Part shown: positions 61,636 to 64,000 of the stretch, in pieces | How positions within the stretch are numbered: the first letter of the stretch is position 1 | Layout: each line of letters starts with the position of its first letter | DNA from: Chrysemys picta bellii | Taxonomy: Eukaryota | Direction of reading: 5' to 3' | NCBI RefSeq assembly: GCF_011386835.1 | Contig: NC_088803.1 | Span: 11,346,001 to 11,410,000, forward strand | Length of the DNA: 64,000 nt | Notes under the pieces: generated by a model | Told to the model about the DNA's origin: nothing | The model's input: only the letters and a program-made list of their open reading frames with translations | The model's database searches: none | Made by a program: the position numbers and the translations under genes

Positions 61636-61815
61636 ACTCACCCTGCACTGCCTCCCACGGCCAGGTCCCATCTCTGTCCCCGCCTGCTTCATGGCCCAAT
61701 CCCCTCATACAATCCCCTGCTATATCCCCTCTGGGGCCCCCATGGGAGTTCTGGGACACGAGCAATGATGGGAGGGAGAAGCAGGTGTAGCTCAGCACTC
61801 AGGGGTCTCATTAGC
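61636..61815 (-). promoter_or_regulatory. OR unit C first non-coding exon and promoter
   Basis: Donor 61636-61641, GATATAG 61720-61726, O/E-type site 61738-61747, TAATGAG 61807-61813. Confidence 0.62.
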
Positions 61816-63164
61816 TGGGACTGAAAATACATTGCCACTCTGCAGAGCTGGGTCAGGTGGGGACTGGGGAAACTGAGGCACAGAGCAAGGGAGGGAAGTC
61901 ACCGTGCCCCTGGAATGGAACCCAGGAGTCCCGAATCCCCCGCAGAGAGATCCCCCTGCCCCATTATAACTGTTAACCAGGGCACTCAGCTAAGTTCAAG
62001 TCATTGACCCAAATCAAGCAGAGGTGGGATTTGAACTGGGGGGTTTCCCACTTCCTAGGAGAGTGCTCAACCTCTGGGGCTCTCAGGTATAAGGACAGAC
62101 GCACAGAGACAGAGCAGGGCACACACCACTAGCAGGGGGCAGCTGGGACACCCTCCCCGCAGCCAACCACAAAAATCTCCCCCCCCCCCCGAGCACACCC
62201 AGGGACAGGCTGCAGAGACGAAATAGCCAGAGCAATGCCTAGGTGGAGGCTCCCACCATGGCCGAGACATGAACTACGGTTCTGTAGCCGCATCAGGACC
62301 GAGACGCTTCCACACCCGCCCACCGGCGACATTTCAGCGCCTTGGGAATGTAGCTGGTTGTTACACGTAGCTGTATAGTGTGTTTAGGTGCCTCCCAGGT
62401 TAGCTGGCAGCTAATTGGGAGGGTTGTCAGGATCTCACGGGCCTAAATATGAGACGTGGGGCCTAAATATGAGACGGCTGGGTGCTAGATCTAGCCGCCG
62501 GTACCCTCAGGAGACACAACAGCCCACACGTTCGGGAGGATGTTTGAGGTGAGATCCCCATGGGAATTGAGGCTCCGTCTCCCCGTACGCTGACTTGTCA
62601 AAACTCAGCTGAAAAATCTCTAGCAAAGGAGCTTTTACCATCTGGCCAGGAGACCCTGCAGGGTCCCAGCCATCCACAAACTCGCTGGTCAGAGTCATCC
62701 GCGTATTATACACGAGGCACGACATCCAGCACTGAGGGAGAGGAGGTGCCTGGAGGAAAACAGGGTCTATTCATAGCACGGGGGTATCCCCTCAGCCCTG
62801 CTCCGGAGAAGCTGGTGTCCGGTGTGAATTCCTTTCACCTCAGAACAACACCGAGTGGGCAGAAAATCAACCAAGGGCTGAGTGAGGTGGGGAGAAAAAC
62901 ACCCAGAGACACAAACACCAGCTGAGCCTTGGAGCACTTGGACATTCAGCTGAGAGAACAGAACTTGGGGCTGACAGGATGACAATGCCCTGGCGGGTGG
63001 GGCTGGGTGGGCTGGGGGGAGGTCCCCAAACCACCATCCTGAGGGATGCGCTGTCTGGGATGATCTTGAACTTGGGGGATGAGAGGGGATGGAACTATGT
63101 GGTCTCCTTTCTTTGCAACAAATTCATTGTCCTGTCCCGAGTGCCTGTTATACAGCCTAGCCAC

Positions 63165-63530
63165 CCCTACCTCTCCCCTCATCGTCCGCCAGCAGCAGGA
63201 GGTATGGGGTGTGAAAAGGGGGCTATACTGTATAACAGGCACTAGGGGCAGCAGAGGGTGGAGGTGTGAAGAGGCGGCTATACTGTATAATGGGCACTAG
63301 GGGCAGCAGAGGGTGGGGGTGGGGAAGGGGCGGTTATACTGTATAATGGGCACTAGGGGCAGCAGAGGGTGGGGGTCGGGATGGGGTGGCTATACTGTAT
63401 AATGGGCACTAGGGGCAGCAGAGGGTGGGGGTGGCAAGGTGGCAGCTATATTCTAAAATGGGCACTAGGGGCAGCAGAGGGTGGGGGTAAGGAAGGGGCA
63501 GCTGTACTGTATAATGGGCACTTGGGGCAA
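63165..63530 (-). repeat. Third array of the about 51-bp minisatellite, inverted
   Basis: About 7 units TATACTGTATAATGGGCACTAGGGGCAGCAGAGGGTGGGGG. Confidence 0.88.
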
Positions 63531-63779
63531 GTGGTAAGGGGTGGGGAGGAGAAGGCTTTATGGTTTACGGGGGACTAGAAGCAGGAGAGAGAAGGAGAAA
63601 AACTGGCTAAAAGCTGTAGAAAGAAATTACAGATCCATACAACCCAACACATGTGATCCTACCCCCCATCCATCTCCTCCAGAGCAGGATCGTCCCTGAA
63701 GCCATGATATGCAGACCCCCATGTTTTGTCGCATCTGGCCCCATTCCCCATGGTAGTATAAAAAAAAAGGGGGGAAATA

Positions 63780-64000
63780 CAGTCTGGCTGAAATTCCAGT
63801 GCACAACTGGTATTTAAAGAGCAGTTATCAATGCTGCACTGTCAAACAGGGAGGACATGTTAAGGGACCCTCCAGGGATTTTCATTAACATCTCAGATGA
63901 GGGAGCGGAGAAGATGCTTATAAAATCTGTGGATGACCTCAGGTTGTTAGGGGTTACCAGAGCATTGAAGGACAGGATTAGAATTCACATCGTCTTGAGC
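63780..64000 (+). mobile_element. Old CR1 RT-region fragment
   Basis: Decayed LIKSVDDLRLLG..LKDRIRIH, corresponding to CR1 LIKFADDTKLGG..LEDR..IQ. Confidence 0.6.

Larger units (their letters stand above)
23900..62750. repeat. Three tandem segmental duplication units (A about 24.1-32.7 kb, B about 32.7-54.2 kb, C about 54.2-62.75 kb), one OR each
   Basis: Collinear blocks, e.g. 24180-24400, 32840-33080 and 54300-54530; shared MITE, degenerate 22-bp repeat, OR, old CR1 fragment and promoter in the same order. Confidence 0.9.

Overview
Vertebrate genomic DNA, very likely a turtle (a tortoise-type tRNA/CR1-tail SINE, CR1 LINEs, Gmr1-type Gypsy elements and many hAT MITEs). No prokaryotic features are present. 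Left part (about 1-18 kb): an intact three-exon minus-strand gene encoding a 245-aa Ig-light-chain-like protein (leader, a V domain with a J-like WGEG strand already joined in the same exon, and a lambda-like C1 domain ending ...DCKRQ*). I found no RSS, no V or J arrays and no transmembrane exon. Next to it is a decayed duplicate that keeps the promoter, a dead leader and a V stub. A strong CTCF-like motif at about 18.2 kb separates this block from a minus-strand family-4 (OR4M/OR4N-like) olfactory receptor cluster: 3 intact ORFs and 1 pseudogene. Three of the ORs lie in old tandem duplication units with recognisable non-coding 5' exons and O/E plus homeodomain promoter motifs. The predicted first intron of the pseudogene copy is inflated by nested LTR elements. 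All alignments and counts were done by eye; no database searches were run.
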